Origin: Halocafeteria seosinensis
Lineage: Eukaryota
Direction: 5' to 3'
DNA length: 64,000 nt
Assembly: GCA_001687465.1 (NCBI GenBank)
Contig: LVLI01000415.1
Location: 1-64,000 of the forward strand
Within the stretch, counting starts at the first letter, position 1, and each line of letters begins with the position of its first letter. Below, one piece after another: positions 25,501 to 39,043 of the stretch. Below the pieces are notes generated by a model. The model did not search any database, was not told the DNA's origin, and worked only from the letters and a program-made list of their open reading frames with translations. The position numbers and the translations under genes were made by a program.

Positions 25501-25635
25501 CTCATCTTCCTCCTCGGCATCGAATACGTCGTTGTCGTCTGTGGCAGCCGCCAAGATGGCCTCCTCATCGTCGTCCTCCTCCTTTAACGACTCCGTGGCT
25601 TTGGACGCTCGACGAGACCTACGGCGAGGGGGCAT
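22571..25635 (-). CDS. Putative chromatin/transcription elongation factor: Tudor-knot + degenerate PWWP + TFIIS N-terminal domain, possibly TFIIS central domain (3 exons)
   Basis: FEVGDRV..LYLGKV..YLVTYPQW..EEWV (chromo-barrel/Tudor-knot), K|GWPGIVVP (PWWP-like) and ITVGLLKETELVTGLRKLR..IKQAAASLKKLWK (TFIIS-N/Med26). Two GT-AG introns lie near 24800 and 24560. Confidence 0.72.
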
Positions 25636-26136
25636 TATCCTTGTTTAGTTGGTGTTTTTGGACCCACGGCTGTAGCTTGATCGAAACAGATCAATACATA
25701 CATATCTACTACGACTACCTAGACTAACAGTATTGAGCGGGGACTAAAACCCGTTATCCTACAGCAAACCCGCAACTTCATTGTTGTGAGGATTGCCTGA
25801 CGCTAGTTGTAGACAACTTGTAGTGGCTACAACGAAACAGACATGCAATTGTATATATGTACAGTTTCTAAGCATTTGGGCTAGATCGGTTGTTTACCGC
25901 TAATATCACCGTCAGGGAAGTCTCGGGCTACAAGTTGCGCGGTACAACTGGTACAAACTGGTACAACTGTACCAAGACTCAAGGCAAACATTCCAGCGGT
26001 TCTGTTAAGACATCATGCATCCTCCAGTTGTAGGTTCTTCCGCTGGTGGCCCTCGTGCTACATCATGAATTCCGCCTTACCCTAAAATGTTGGTTCAATT
26101 TACCATAAACAAGCCTTTGCGTATAACGACCAGTCA

Positions 26137-26246
26137 AACGAAGGAGAAGCGTGGTCAGTAATGGACTCCTGGTAGCCAAAGGCCCAACGAGCACAGTTTA
26201 TGTCGATATGACAGTGCCAAATCCACTCACAGGAGACAAGACTAGA
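26137..26246 (+). mobile_element. Short fragment of the same RLE non-LTR retrotransposon family as 10199-11760
   Basis: Encodes GLLVAKGPTSTVYVDMTVPNPLTGD versus EKGPTSTLYVDMTVPDSLTGD in the larger copy, with visible nucleotide similarity to the reverse complement of about 10740-10836. Confidence 0.8.
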
Positions 26247-26715
26247 ACCACCTGGGCTAAAGCCTATCCGGAATTTCAAGTCCAACGTACACTGCAATGC
26301 GCGACTGCATTCGTGCAACGGAGTGAGCATAATTGTGTATTCTTGTTGAAGCAGTGAAATAACTTAATCCCCTTGCACTGTATATTCTCCTCCGAGGACC
26401 GAGGATGAGCTCAGTGCACTCGGTACTTGTGCCAGCAAATGCCCATTCAACCATCTTAGAATTATGGTGGCCCCGAATCGTGGGAACGCACAGTATAGCT
26501 CCGATAGACTAGTTCCAGCTCACATGTTTAGCACGAGAGGACTAGCGATGTGTAACAGCTGCCAAGGATAGCCGACGTTGTCTGCGCTGAAGTTTGAGAC
26601 GGCTAGTGTGTACAAGAACTGAACCTCGAAATACGAAGGGCCTTGATGCAATCCATTGCGCTTCCTTAAGAACACGGCAAGCAGCATGTACACTTATTTA
26701 GTGTCCCCATCAAAA

Positions 26716-27063
26716 TTAACCACTCTTGTAAATCAAAAGTGCGAGGTCTCCTAGATAGAAAAACACGAAGCGTCGACTCTGATGTGTGACTTCTGATCCA
26801 AATCCATGTCCAGCAATTACATGCCAATATGCTTCCCAGTTTTCGTCCATTTCTTTCTTGATAGCTGTAACAGCCTCGTCGCCTTGCTGTTGCCAATCTT
26901 CCACGGGGTTAACGTGCTTCTTGGAGATCTCAATGGCAGATTCCAAGATATCATCGGGCATGTCAGGCGGCCAACGCACGCGAGCTCCAAGCAGCGACTT
27001 CCATTCTTCCCCGGACTCTTCTTTCTGAGGCGAGTCGCCTCCTGCTGCTGCAGCTTGCGCCAT
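26716..27063 (-). CDS. Dynein light chain type 1 (LC8 family)
   Basis: DMPDDILE..AIKKEMDENWEAYWHVIAGHGFGSEVTHQSRRFVFFYLGDLALLIYKSG matches the LC8-family signature. Confidence 0.92.
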   Translation of the reverse strand: MAQAAAAGGDSPQKEESGEEWKSLLGARVRWPPDMPDDILESAIEISKKHVNPVEDWQQQGDEAVTAIKKEMDENWEAYWHVIAGHGFGSEVTHQSRRFVFFYLGDLALLIYKSG

Positions 27064-28430
27064 GATACTGTATTTGAATGGACTGGTATGGAATGTATCC
27101 GCTACTCCCCTGAAAGCTTGCTTAATTTAGTCGTATTCCAGCTATCTAAGGCAGCGTTACTGGAAATTCAGAGGGTAGGAATAGTGATCATCATAATCCT
27201 GGAATTCCCTCCACCACAATCCTGAATAGTCTATTCAATAGAGAGGCTCTAAGAGAGCATTGGGCTAGCTACCGTTAACAACTTCAAGATGGGATGCCAT
27301 CTTTTTTGTCGTTTTCTACAAGGGCAACTGAAAGGAAACCAACCGTCCTTCACAAGTTGTATCGCGTGGTATTCGACTCAAACCGGCTGGAACAATGGAC
27401 ACAACAGTGCCATGGCTTCCCCAATTTGAATTCCGTTTGGTCAAAGAACTTCCAATAGTACAGTATCAGGATCGTAAGACACGTGGGAATTCCATATTCG
27501 GCGTACTCTGGATTGGTCTTGGAGACGTGAAACCATGGGGTATCGTCTGGTTTTAAGTCATGAACCAGGACGAACGTGATCACGTTGGCTATCACTTTCT
27601 CCCCGGTGGATTCCAGCGGAGGCGCCCTGTATTGTCCTTGATTTCCTTGGCCGTGTTCATTGTATGACTGTATTTAGATGGTTTGGCACCATCTCCCACA
27701 TTATTTTCAGACATTTCATTCAATAAAAAGTCGTGCCATTATACTACCAAGACCATAGGGCTAAAGGGAATGCCATCGTCTCAACAAAAGAAGCGTAGAA
27801 GCGACTCTCAAGAAAGTTGTTATCGGTTAATTGAATCAATGAAATGAGAATACCTTCAACCACTTGAGGGGACAGCAAATGCTGTTGATGTAATCGTACC
27901 AATAGCAAGCCCCAATTCCTAAATTCCACTTGCAAGTTCCCCATAAGCCACCTACTCCAGTCTCGTAAAGAAGTCTAAGCCGAAGATCTTCCTTGGACTG
28001 CTTCTTTAGGTTTACAAGAAACATTACTACAATCGTAGTCACGATGTACTATCGGATGTAGTGTACCAGGTGCACCTCACCACCTACCCTGGGTCCACCA
28101 CCTGAGAATTTCTCCTGAAACTTCAGACGATGAGCACTCTCAGGTGCGGTTTGAAAATTCCCAGGTCCGCTGCTGGCCAACGCCGCAATACACGACTTTG
28201 AATCCTCAGGGGCTCCAGAAGCGAAAACAAGTTACAATTTGCCGGGTATATTCGCCATTTTTGTAAGATTCGTATGCTTAAAACCTTATACTGGGATTCC
28301 TCTGAGAGCACCTCCTTTACTAGTGCCGACTAGCAGCAGAACAAGGAGGAGGGCACGCTTAATATCTCTCTTTGTTCTTTGTTTAAATAGAGGCAGAAGA
28401 ACTGTACGAAGGGCTCATTCTTGAGTTGAG

Positions 28431-29847
28431 TCAGCCGAACGACGACGAGACATCCTCACGCCAGCTAAACTGTCGTTTTGCAATGTGTAATTTCGCCGTC
28501 CGAGATCGCGGATTTAATTGCTTTTCTCTCTCAGTAGCCATCACTGGATGTTTCCTGAAGGATACAGCGTTTCGTCGATTGGGGCCATGCAATTGCATTG
28601 CGAGTTGCACCATTCTCTCCTCCAGAGGCTGGAACGTAAGGGCGCATGCTTGAGCATCAGCAACAAGCCATTCCGGAAACCCTACTATAAATTTCTGCAA
28701 CACGGATACCGGCACATGTCAGCAGGCCATGGTTTCTGCTCATTCTTCTATGCCTATCTTACTTCTAGGTGCCTTAACTCATCGTTCACGGCCAAGCGTA
28801 GCGCTTGAAACACTTTTGTTGCTGGGTGCTGCTTCGATCGTTCCCGTTTTTCCTGCTCTCTCTGTTGTTCCTTCCTGATAGCTCGCCCACGTCTTACGAC
28901 ATGCTCAACCACTGCCGCTAGCTGTTGCGTTGTCGTGAACCGGATGCCTCTGCTGCGTCGCAGAGCAACGATCTCTCTAGCAACAAGTGCTGTAGACCGT
29001 ACATAACTTTCTACAGTCAAAACACAATATTTCGACTGTAGCGGACGTATACATACCAGCAAATGGCTCTCCTCCTTCACGAAATAGCCGCAAAAGTTCG
29101 GCTTCTGGAAGTTCGTTCACCAAATCAGCAGCCGTCTTGCCATTTTCCTGAGGGTCATATCGCATGTCTAATGGACCATCGCGTATAAAACTAAAACCAC
29201 GGCTAGAATTGTCCACTTGATAGGAGCTCATTCCCAAATCTAGGAGGATACCATTGACTCTCGGCGGAAAACCTGCCAAACAGCTCAGGAAGTCTACTGC
29301 CGAGTCCAGACGTGGCCTGAGCGCTACTTACCCGCCTGCTTCAGGAACCGAGGAATATCGGAATAAGATCCTTGAATAAGCGTGACGCGATCCGCATGAT
29401 TCTTGAGGTTCTCTCGGGCTGCTTGAATGGCCTGTGTCATTCATGGCGTGTTTGGCTCAACCCAACCACTGCACTGAGAACTGCACGAAAGGGACGCTTA
29501 CGTCGCTGTCTCTGTCAATACCCAGTAATAAAGCTCCTGGTACTTCATCTAATAGCGCTTTAGCGTGTCCGCCCCCACCAACGGTGCCATCGACGAAATA
29601 TCCTCCGGTTCGTACACTTCCTCGCCAATGGTCAATTGTCTGCAGGGAGTACAGTCATCCATTCACTCCACCAAGGCCATGCGATGCTTGGTAGCAGAGC
29701 ATGTAGTCTTACCTGCGTTTTGAGAACGGGGATGTGGTGGAAGGGGATGTTATCGTCTATCTCTTGTTGTATGCTCCGGGAAGAGACCTGACTTGAGAAT
29801 CGTCGACATCCCATGGACCATCGCCTTGGTACCCTGCTCCATCTCAT
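28431..29847 (-). CDS. METTL15: RsmH/MraW-family rRNA m4C methyltransferase, METTL15-like, probably mitochondrial (spliced)
   Basis: Arg/Ser-rich presequence, then [68 protein letters not shown] and NPRSRTAKL. Confidence 0.92.
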
Positions 29848-30210
29848 GATTACACCGTAAACGCCGCATCTACCACAAAGCACAATGCTTCTGGAGAATG
29901 TATCGACTACACTACCTATGGGAACTACCTGTATGTTTATATAGTTGTACCACCCGACCAAGTCCGTGAACTTCACGGCCTGAACACAACTTGAAGGACA
30001 CACGCTTGAAGACCAAGAAGTTAATGAGAACACATGGGTTGAAACATACCGTACACTTCAATGACAAATTTGGAGGTCTTATCACGTCATAGAGACAGCA
30101 CGAATTCTTACGTTCTGCACAGGAGTCAACACTGTTTGACTCTTCATGGGTGTGCTATATGCCCCATAACAGCGGCAGAGGTCGCGTGAGAACATCCCAG
30201 CTCGCAGACC

Positions 30211-32110
30211 ATGATGGAGACCATACACGAGACAGACGAACAAGTGGAGGGCATTACCGTAAACACCAAAGAGGAGACAGAAAGTACATATACAGTGGAG
30301 GAGCCGTCAGACAAGTTTATGAATGTAGTGACCACTCTAGACCAGGAATCGGCAGTACGCTACGCGTCCTTGCCGTCCTCCAGTGTGTACCGAGAACTGC
30401 AACAAGTCTGCAGACAAGTGGAAGACAAGGAAAACGGACTTCGGCCTTTCGCGACTTTCGTAGCAAAACGAACTGCCTTTAGGTCCAACTTAGAAGGCTT
30501 GTACAGAGCTGTGGAGACTCATCCCAATCATGATGTCTCAGGAAATTTCGCTACACGGTATGTTGCCTCACTCTTACGGGGAACAAATCAGGATGACGGT
30601 AACTCCGCTATTTGTAAGCAGGTTGTTCCAGCACATTGCTTTTCATGCAATGAAAGCACCGCAACTGTTTCCGTATGGCCTTCCGCTAATCGAGTATCCG
30701 ATTTGTGTGGACTTGAGCGGAGCACAAAGTACGTGGAATCAGTCGCGACCAGGAGGTTAGAATGGAGAATTGCCATCATTCCACAAGTGCAGTCGCGTGC
30801 ATACTTTGCAATCAGTTTTGTTGTATGTTAGACAGTCCGTTGGAATCCGAGTTCCCCCGTAACCGGTGAGTAACGAAGAAATCTGCTAACTGAACATAGA
30901 AAGACTCGAATTGATTTGGACTTTGTGCTATCGTTCCAGATATGACGTGCTACTTAACAATCCCGCTGAGGGTCTCAAGGCGGCTCTTCAGTGTTCTCTT
31001 CAATATTTTGCAAAAATCTTCCTCTCGGCTGAGCCTCCAAGACACTGGAACGAGGCCAAAGTGAGAATCCGGAGATGTGTGACGCTAAACGCTGACAGAA
31101 CTTCCCAGTGTAAACAGGACTTTTCAGTACGAGAATATCCAAAACTATCTGCCTCAAAGATGCCTCTTTGCGACTTTAGAATACATCTGCAAGGTAAGAA
31201 ATGGGATAGATATCACGTTGACCGAAAGTCTGGATTGCAATTCTGAAGGTATGTTGGTACAGCCTCTCTGGAAGACAATATAAACAGTGCACACGTAGAT
31301 TTTGCAAATAAGTCTTTAGGAGGTGGAGTGCTCAGTGGGGGATGCGTCCAAGAAGAAATATATTTTGCTCGCCATCCTGAATTAATTGCGTAAGTATGGT
31401 TTTTAATACCGTGGTATAACGGTTGGTAATTGCCTCATGTAGTACAGCTGCAAACCAATCTGTCGATGGATGAAAGACTATGAAGCACTATCGATTACCG
31501 GAGTCACTCAATTTGCTCAGACGTGCGGATATAAACATAGTCTTTGCTATATAGGCCCGTGTTTGATTGAAAAACCTACTGTTGTGGCTATCGATGCACT
31601 GAGTCTCAAGAGGCTACCCAGGGAAGAAGAACTCGCTCCTCAGCGTGTGGACCGGGAAATTAGGAAAGCATTTACGGGCTTCGGATCACCAGAGTGTTTG
31701 CACTATTCTACTGTGTCAACAGGTCACTGGGGTTGTGGTGCCTTCAGAGGCACTCCACTGTTCAAAGCCCTCTTACAATGGCTCGCGGCATCCCAACTCT
31801 CTTTGAATATATCATATTGTGCGCTTGAAGAATGGAAAGACGGAAAGATACTGCAGCAATTTGTCGACGAACTGAGAGATAAAGAAATCACTGTAAGTGA
31901 CTTTTCTTGTTCAGTTATTCCGTCCTATTGTATCACTACTGAAGGCACGCCAATATGCAGGTTGGCCAGTTGTACTCCCTCCTCCAAGCTGCTATAGAAC
32001 ATCAAGACAGGAGCAATCCTGATTTCAAAAGCCTGCTCCGATACATCCAGGATAATGTATCCTCAAAAGAGTGTTCCGGAGGACTATTTAAAGGATGTCT
32101 TGGTTGCTAA
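30211..32110 (+). CDS. PARG: Poly(ADP-ribose) glycohydrolase (spliced)
   Basis: Catalytic motif [28 protein letters not shown] at about 31295-31385, plus [28 protein letters not shown] and LQWLAAS. Confidence 0.92.
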
Positions 32111-32203
32111 GGTCTCAAGCAACAATGTTGTTGTGTTTGGTATCCTTATCATGTTTCTCCTCTTGTGTTGCTTTTCCATCGGGTTATCTGCTGTTTCTGT
32201 TTC

Positions 32204-32857
32204 TCATTGGTTTTTAATGCGTTGTTCGGCGTGTCCTTCGACAAACTCTTTCATTCTAATAATGGTTGTAAGCAGTGTCAATAAAGAAAACATCACGCTG
32301 GTTAGGAGGAACCATGAGGGCACAAGAATCATGACGACAAAGAAACCGAATGCTTCTGCTCTTTCAATGATACCAGTGCTGTACTGGAAGCTTTTCTGAG
32401 GAGCTTGATTACCACCTGATGTCTTCTTCTGAGACCCTTCCGGGATAGGGAAGACTGCCACTAGGAGAAACGAAGTTACACAGAGGAAGATGCTTCCCAG
32501 CATAGCTAGGCACAACCATCCCCGGCTCTCTGGACGTAGAGCATAGAGTCCACACATGACGGCCGTCTCCACCACTCGGTCACAGAAAATATCCAAACCG
32601 CATCCAGCATCCGTGCATTGATTGGTAAGGCGTGCTATCGTTCCATCCAGGACATCAATGTATCCACTCAGCAATAGCGTACTCAGCGCGGTGATCCTCC
32701 AGTCCAGTCCAATAAACACGGCTGACAGCACGCCTACTATAGCCCCTAGAATAGTGTATTGACTCGGCGTAATCCATGGGAATGTTTTTTGCAAGAACTG
32801 TGCTACGTCATCCACGAACACTCGCTGAAAGCGTGCACGGAGGTGTTGCTCAATCAT
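32204..32857 (-). CDS. CDP-alcohol phosphatidyltransferase, YnjF-like, intronless
   Basis: DVLDGTIARLTNQCTDAGCGLDIFCD fits the DxxDGxxAR..G..LDxxxD motif. ITPSQYT and C-terminal KSFQYSTGIIERAE resemble bacterial YnjF-type enzymes. Confidence 0.88.
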   Translation of the reverse strand: MIEQHLRARFQRVFVDDVAQFLQKTFPWITPSQYTILGAIVGVLSAVFIGLDWRITALSTLLLSGYIDVLDGTIARLTNQCTDAGCGLDIFCDRVVETAVMCGLYALRPESRGWLCLAMLGSIFLCVTSFLLVAVFPIPEGSQKKTSGGNQAPQKSFQYSTGIIERAEAFGFFVVMILVPSWFLLTSVMFSLLTLLTTIIRMKEFVEGHAEQRIKNQ

Positions 32858-33479
32858 GGTTTCGATCCCGCCCGGAGCGCAACCTAGAGTATCGCATGTT
32901 ACGATGTACAACAAACCCCATAGTTTATCTACAGTGCATTCATTCGCGGCGAACACTGTCTGCCACTTGGCACGGGGAAGTTCGGTGTACCGCGGTCGTG
33001 GCTTGGGAAGTCATTCCACCAGTTGGTATGAAATGAGGAACGGTGTGATTTTCCACTTTGCTTGCACTTGTCCTGGCTTCCCAACCAAGTCACTGTATGT
33101 GTGTACCACTTCTATTGATCTGGGCCGAATTCAACAAGCACCTTCCTGAGGACCTGAGGTACAAGTAGTACTTGCAAATTCTCAACTATAGATCAAATGC
33201 GAAACTATCGTCCGGCACTCGGCTTCCTCTATGCTGCCAGTACCATAGTACAGTATACATGCAATCAGCTGGATTCCCGTGCACGGACAAAAAGATCGGA
33301 ACTCGTCCATCCATTCCGCGGCTAAATTTTGTGGACAGTACATTGTAGTGACTCACTACAAGTGAGATAGTTCCAGGCAAGTTTGTTTGTTTAGTGTTCC
33401 ATACAGATTTTTGGCAGTTTGGTAGCATTTTCATTGAAAGTGCACGCAGCGACAAGATACACGCCAACACAGAGTACTG

Positions 33480-36400
33480 ATGCAGCAGGGGAGTTCCGCC
33501 GCATCTGGTAACCCCGGCTCTGCAAGGCCCCATACGGACAAGACCCCTCTATTAAACACCGCATCGCCTGTGTATGATGACGAAACCACCGCTCTGAACG
33601 GGAAAGGCTCCGTTCAGCAAAAATATGGAGCAACAGAGCCTCAGCAACCTAGTGTTCCGCCTGGATTGGAACGGGGATACGAGGCCCTTTTGGATGAGTT
33701 TAAGGAGTCTATGCCACCTCTACCTTCGGTTCCTATCACGTTTGAGAACCTCTCCTACAATCTCTATCTCCCAAAGAACCACCATGAGATTCCCAATGTG
33801 GCGAAAGCCTGGTTGAACACCTTGCAATGGCTTTGGCCTCCCCATCTCTACAGGACATTCATGTCGAAATACAAGCATCGTGCCGATATGGACGAATTGC
33901 CCGTGATCCAAAATGTCTCCGGGGAGCTAACCCCCGGGAGAATGCAGCTCATGCTAGCCCCACCAGGTAAAAACTTACCCAAATTGCTAGTACGTACAGT
34001 GTAAGGCAGGAATTGACATCGTACTTCCTCCATATGCAGGCCATGGCAAGACGTCCTTTATGTGCGCCTTGGCGGATCGATTGTCTGGAGGTCATTTCTC
34101 TGGAAAGGTAAGTATCTACTGGAAATGTACAACATAGCTCGAATAGAACTCTCGTGAGTGCGTGGAGTAACCACTTTTCTGCAGGTGAGGTACGCGGGTC
34201 TCACCAAGGAGGAGTTAAGCGCGAGTGTCCAGAAACTTGTTTCATACATTGATCAAGTAGATGTACATATGCCCCAGTTGACAGTGAGAGAGACACTTCA
34301 ATTCGCAAAGGATTGTCTCATTGCCGTACGTAGTCGTTTTACTTACCCGGCTCAGCGTAGGTTGGCAAGAAATGAACTAGCCAATCGGTACGCTTCAATG
34401 CTGCAGGATTCTGATTTGCTAGAGGACCCGCGAGCGAGGCAGCTACTCGACTGGCGAGTCGAGCACATGATATCTATTTTGGGACTTCAAGAATGTGCTG
34501 ATACACCCGTCGGCGACAGTCTCGTGCGAGGTGTTTCAGGTGGCCAGAAAAAAAGAGTTACGATTGGACAAATGCTCCTATCCAATGCACGAGTTTTTTT
34601 ACTAGATGAGGTATAGCAACTCTAATGCTGGTGCTCTTGCCAGTTGCCTTGCTTTTGTAACGGTTTGTTTGAATAATTCTTGAACGTACAGGTATCCACT
34701 GGCCTTGATTCAGCAGTGACATTGGACATCATGCGATACGTTAGGTCTTGGTGCAAGAAGCTAAATGGCACTGTCCTAGCGACACTCCTCCAACCACCGA
34801 GAGATGTACGCGCAAACCCGTGAAATCAGACAAGAGAATTTGTCTCTTACGTGAGTCTGTAACTTTTCTATCCTTGAATCAGGTATACGCCCTATTTGAT
34901 GACCTGCTGCTGCTTCAAGAAGGCCGAGTGATATATCACGGCCCCAAAGAAGAGGTGTTCGATTTCCTCACATACATTGGAGTTACTGGGCCCGGAGAGA
35001 TGGGTACGTCATTAAGGTAGCCAGCCTGGTTGGTGAAATCAGGTATTATGTATTATCCGTGGACATCTGTACAGATCCTGCTGATTTTCTGGTGGAATTC
35101 CTTGCTCATCCAAAAAAAATGTGGCGGCAGAGTCAAACGAACAAGAACAAAAGCTCGAAACTGAAAGAACCTGATCTTAGTAGCGAAAATCTTGCAGATT
35201 GCTGGGCAACGTATAAACGGAAGTACTTGTCTAACGGCGATAGCAGGGAGTTATGTGCAGGCTTGGGCGACTCGCTGAGCCATCCATTTAATGCTGTGCA
35301 ATATCGAGGTAGCGACTCTAGCATGCGGCAACTAAACTTGAATATCAGAAGACAGGCGAAGTTAGTCTTGCGAAACTTAAGGGTACGTTGCTTTCCCTGT
35401 GTGGTGTGTCTTGAGGCCGACCGTGATTGTGAGTTTCGATGCTGTCGATCCAGTTTATTGGATCCCGACTACTGCAAGCAGCATTCATTGGGGTCGTCTT
35501 GGGAAGTCTGTTCTGGTCCTTGACCATGCAAGACTTTCAACTTAAGATCGGGCTCCTCATGTTTGCTGCTATATTCCTGTCTTTCGGTAACATGGTAAGT
35601 GCGCAGCTGAGTTACAGTGCTTTGAGTGTTGAATTCGATCGAATCATTTCATATGCAGTCCGAAGTTCCAATCGCCATATCCAATCGTCGAGTTGTGCAG
35701 CAACAAGAAAAAGCAGATTTTTATCCAATGTCAGTTTATAGCGCTGCGGTTATGGTCGTGCACCTACCCTTAGCAATGGCGGAAACCCTCACTGTGTCTA
35801 GCCTGATCTATTGGATGACTGGTCTTGCTAGTGATGCTGGGAGATTCTTGTTTTTCTACCTGGGTACACTCATCATGAACCTGGCGATGGGATCTCTATT
35901 CAGGGCTGTGGCATATGCCTCGCCCAAGATGGAAGTCGCTCAAAGCATAACGGGTCCAATCACAGGCGGTAAGAGGACATGGTTTTTGAACTGGACCACA
36001 CGCTCTCTATATTGACTATTCGATGCTGCAGTGATGTTACTGTTTGGGGGATTCTTGATCACGAGGTAGGAACAAATACGTGATATCTAAACCGTTCACC
36101 TACTTACATGTGCCACTTTATCGCTTGCAGAAAGAACATTCCAATAGGCTTGCGTTTCTTATACTGGCTGAGTCCGTTTTCTTGGGTTACAAGGTCCCTC
36201 ATGCAAAATGAGTTCTATTCCGACACATACCCGGCAGCTGTAGGGCATAAAGCGTTGGAAGAGTACCAAGTACCTACGGAGCATTTGTATGTTGATGAGC
36301 CGATTCTATATATAACAGGCTGGTTATCTTAAATGCCTAATATGCATGTTGCTGCAGTTATAAATGGCTCGGTATGGGTGTGCTAGTGGTTTATTTTGCG

Positions 36401-38683
36401 CTGGCATTACTATGCATGGTCATGATCCTGAAGTATCGCCGTATTCCTGTAAATGTAGGCTCCACTCGTAAGGATATTGCCGACAACGATGGTGGAACCA
36501 CTGCGTTTGTTGAAAATGGCGTCTCAATCTCAAGTAGCATGAGCTTCGATCGAATCACTCTTACTTTTAGAGATATTGAGTACGAGGTAAAAGTTGGAAG
36601 GAACCAATGGAAGCGTTTACTGAGAGGCGTTTCAGGAATTGCACGTCCGGGAGTTATCACGGCTCTAATGGGGGCCTCCGGTGCAGGAAAGACTACTTTA
36701 ATGGACACAATTGCTCAGAGAAAATCCTTCGGAATTGTTAGAGGGGAAGTCCGGCTTAATGGATATCCAAAGGAACGTGATTCGTTTTCCCGTCTCGTCG
36801 GCTACGTAGAGCAAGAAGATGCACATATGCCATATTCTACCGTCTTTGAATCAGTGGAATTCGCTGCGGAACTAAGGCTTCCCGCAGATGTTACTAGCGA
36901 GAAGAGGACGGAATTTGTTAAAGAGGTAATATGGCTACTCGAACTTGATAGTTTACAACATCGGTTGGTAGGGGACCCAGGAGCAGATGACGGGGGACTC
37001 TCTCCCGGTGAACGAAAGCGCTTAACTATTGCGGTAGAACTGGTGGCAAATCCTCCAATATTATTTTTGGACGAACCTACATCAGGTTTGGATTCTCGGG
37101 AAGCGCTGACTGTTATGCGCGTAATCAGGAAAGTAACAATGACCGGGCGTACTGTAATTTGTACCGTGCATCAACCTTCAGCCGAGATATTCGGCATGTT
37201 TGATACAATGCTGCTTTTAAAAGCCGGGGGGTATCCAGTTTATTTCGGCCCCATAGGAGAAGATGGCAAGCACCTACGTGAGTTCTTGGAAAGCGCCGGT
37301 GCACCAAGGTGCCCTGAAAATGCAAACCCTGCGGACTGGATGCTGGATGTTCTTGGAGTCGGAACAGACTTTGGTCAACAAGTGGGCGACATCGAAGACA
37401 AAGCTAGCGAAATTGATTTCGCTGCTGCTTACGATCGTTCGAAGCTGAAGGACAAAAATGAGAAACAGATAGAAGAATACTCAAAGCCGATTCCCGGAGA
37501 AGTACCGCCAGTTTTCCGCAGTGTTTATGCCCGCTCATACTGGGACCAGCTCAAGCTTGTAATGTATCGCACGCACCTTACATACTGGAGGAACTCTCCT
37601 TACAACTGGACGAGGAATTTTATTCTCATTTGCATGAGCTTCTTGTTTGGCTTGCTTTTCCTGAACATAGTGGACGATGCGCACGATCCCGCGGGAGTGC
37701 TGTCGATGATTTCTCTTATGTTGACGACTTCAGCATTTTCCGGTGTAGTTTGCTATGGTGTCGTGCTTCCTGTCATGTTAAAAGAGAGGGGTAAGTGGCG
37801 ATATATGGTCTACTCGTTACATCGGTCTTCAAATGGGTCTTCACGGAAACTGCAGCTATATACTACAGGGAAATCTCTAGCAACATGTACTCTTCCTTCG
37901 TTTACTCGTTCTGCCAAGGACTGATCGAAATCCCCTATGTCCTGGTCTTGACCGTTTCCTTCGCCAGCGTCTATTACTTTATGGTATGTGTACTAGACAT
38001 AAGAGTGTGTATTGGAATGCGGTTTCTATTCGGTTTATTGTCAACTCCAGGCTGGTTTCAAGTCCGACCCAGGAGTATATTTCCATTACATGCTAATTCA
38101 GTACCTAATATGCCAGCTTATGACTTATTTGGGCATGTTTTTTGCCGCTCTTTTCCCTGATGTTGAAACTGCTCAAGTATATGGATCGGTTGTCGTCACA
38201 CTGTTTTTCTTATTCGGCCAGGTGTTTATACCACTGTGAGTATAGTATCTACCACTGACCTCATGTTGAAACCGGTTGATGATAGTATCCCTGGTTTGCA
38301 CTGCAGACCGAAAATCCCACACTACTGGAAATGGATGAATGCGATTGATCCAATTGCATATGCAACCCGCGCAATGGCCGCTTTGCAGTTCTATTGTGAA
38401 GGCGTTGACTGTCCCACCGTCCACATGCTAGTTCCATCGGTGACGACTCCGCAATACAAAATGGTTCCGCAATACGAGTAAGCAACTCTAACCTATTGCA
38501 TGTTTTCCCACCTGAAGTTGACCAGTTTCCCCATTCTTTTGGAGTCACAGGTATGCAAAAGACACTTTCGGGTTCTCCTACAGCCAACGATGGCAATACA
38601 CGGGATATCTGTTTGCCTTCCTTGTATTGTTTCGTGTAGGTGGAGTTCTAGCTCTGCGCTTCATCAATTACATGAAAAAATAA
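33480..38683 (+). CDS. Full-size ABCG/PDR-type ABC transporter (many introns)
   Basis: NBD1 has APPG|HGKTS, RGVSGGQKKRVT and LLDEVSTGLDS. NBD2 has GASGAGKTT, LSPGERKRLTIAVEL and LFLDEPTSGLD. Each NBD is followed by a TMD (NBD-TMD-NBD-TMD order). Confidence 0.95.
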
Positions 38684-39043
38684 TGCGGAACAATAGGTTC
38701 CGCGAGAACAAATGATACACTCTATTTTTTTCCATTCCTCATTGTCAGACAGAAGTGTCATTCATTTTGTGACTCCTCTTAAAAACGCCCTCTGTGAAAC
38801 TCCACGGAGTTGACGGTTTTCGGAGATGGCACGAGGGAACTTCGGGGAAGCCAGCTTCAAGTTGTGCCCCCGTTGTTTACGCGCGGTAAAAACGCACAGT
38901 GAGGGTAGACACCTAATGAAACAGTCATTGTTACAGTTGTGCGCTCTTTAGATGTTGGCTGAATTACGTTCTCCATGACTTAGTTGACAGACCGAGGTTT
39001 CTGGTGTTACTGTTTCTTAATATAGAGTCAGCAGCCCTTCAAT

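Noticed and set aside
27350..28042. Fragmentary protein-like minus-strand ORFs
   Set aside because: They are interrupted by stops, and I could build no consistent splice model or recognise a family.
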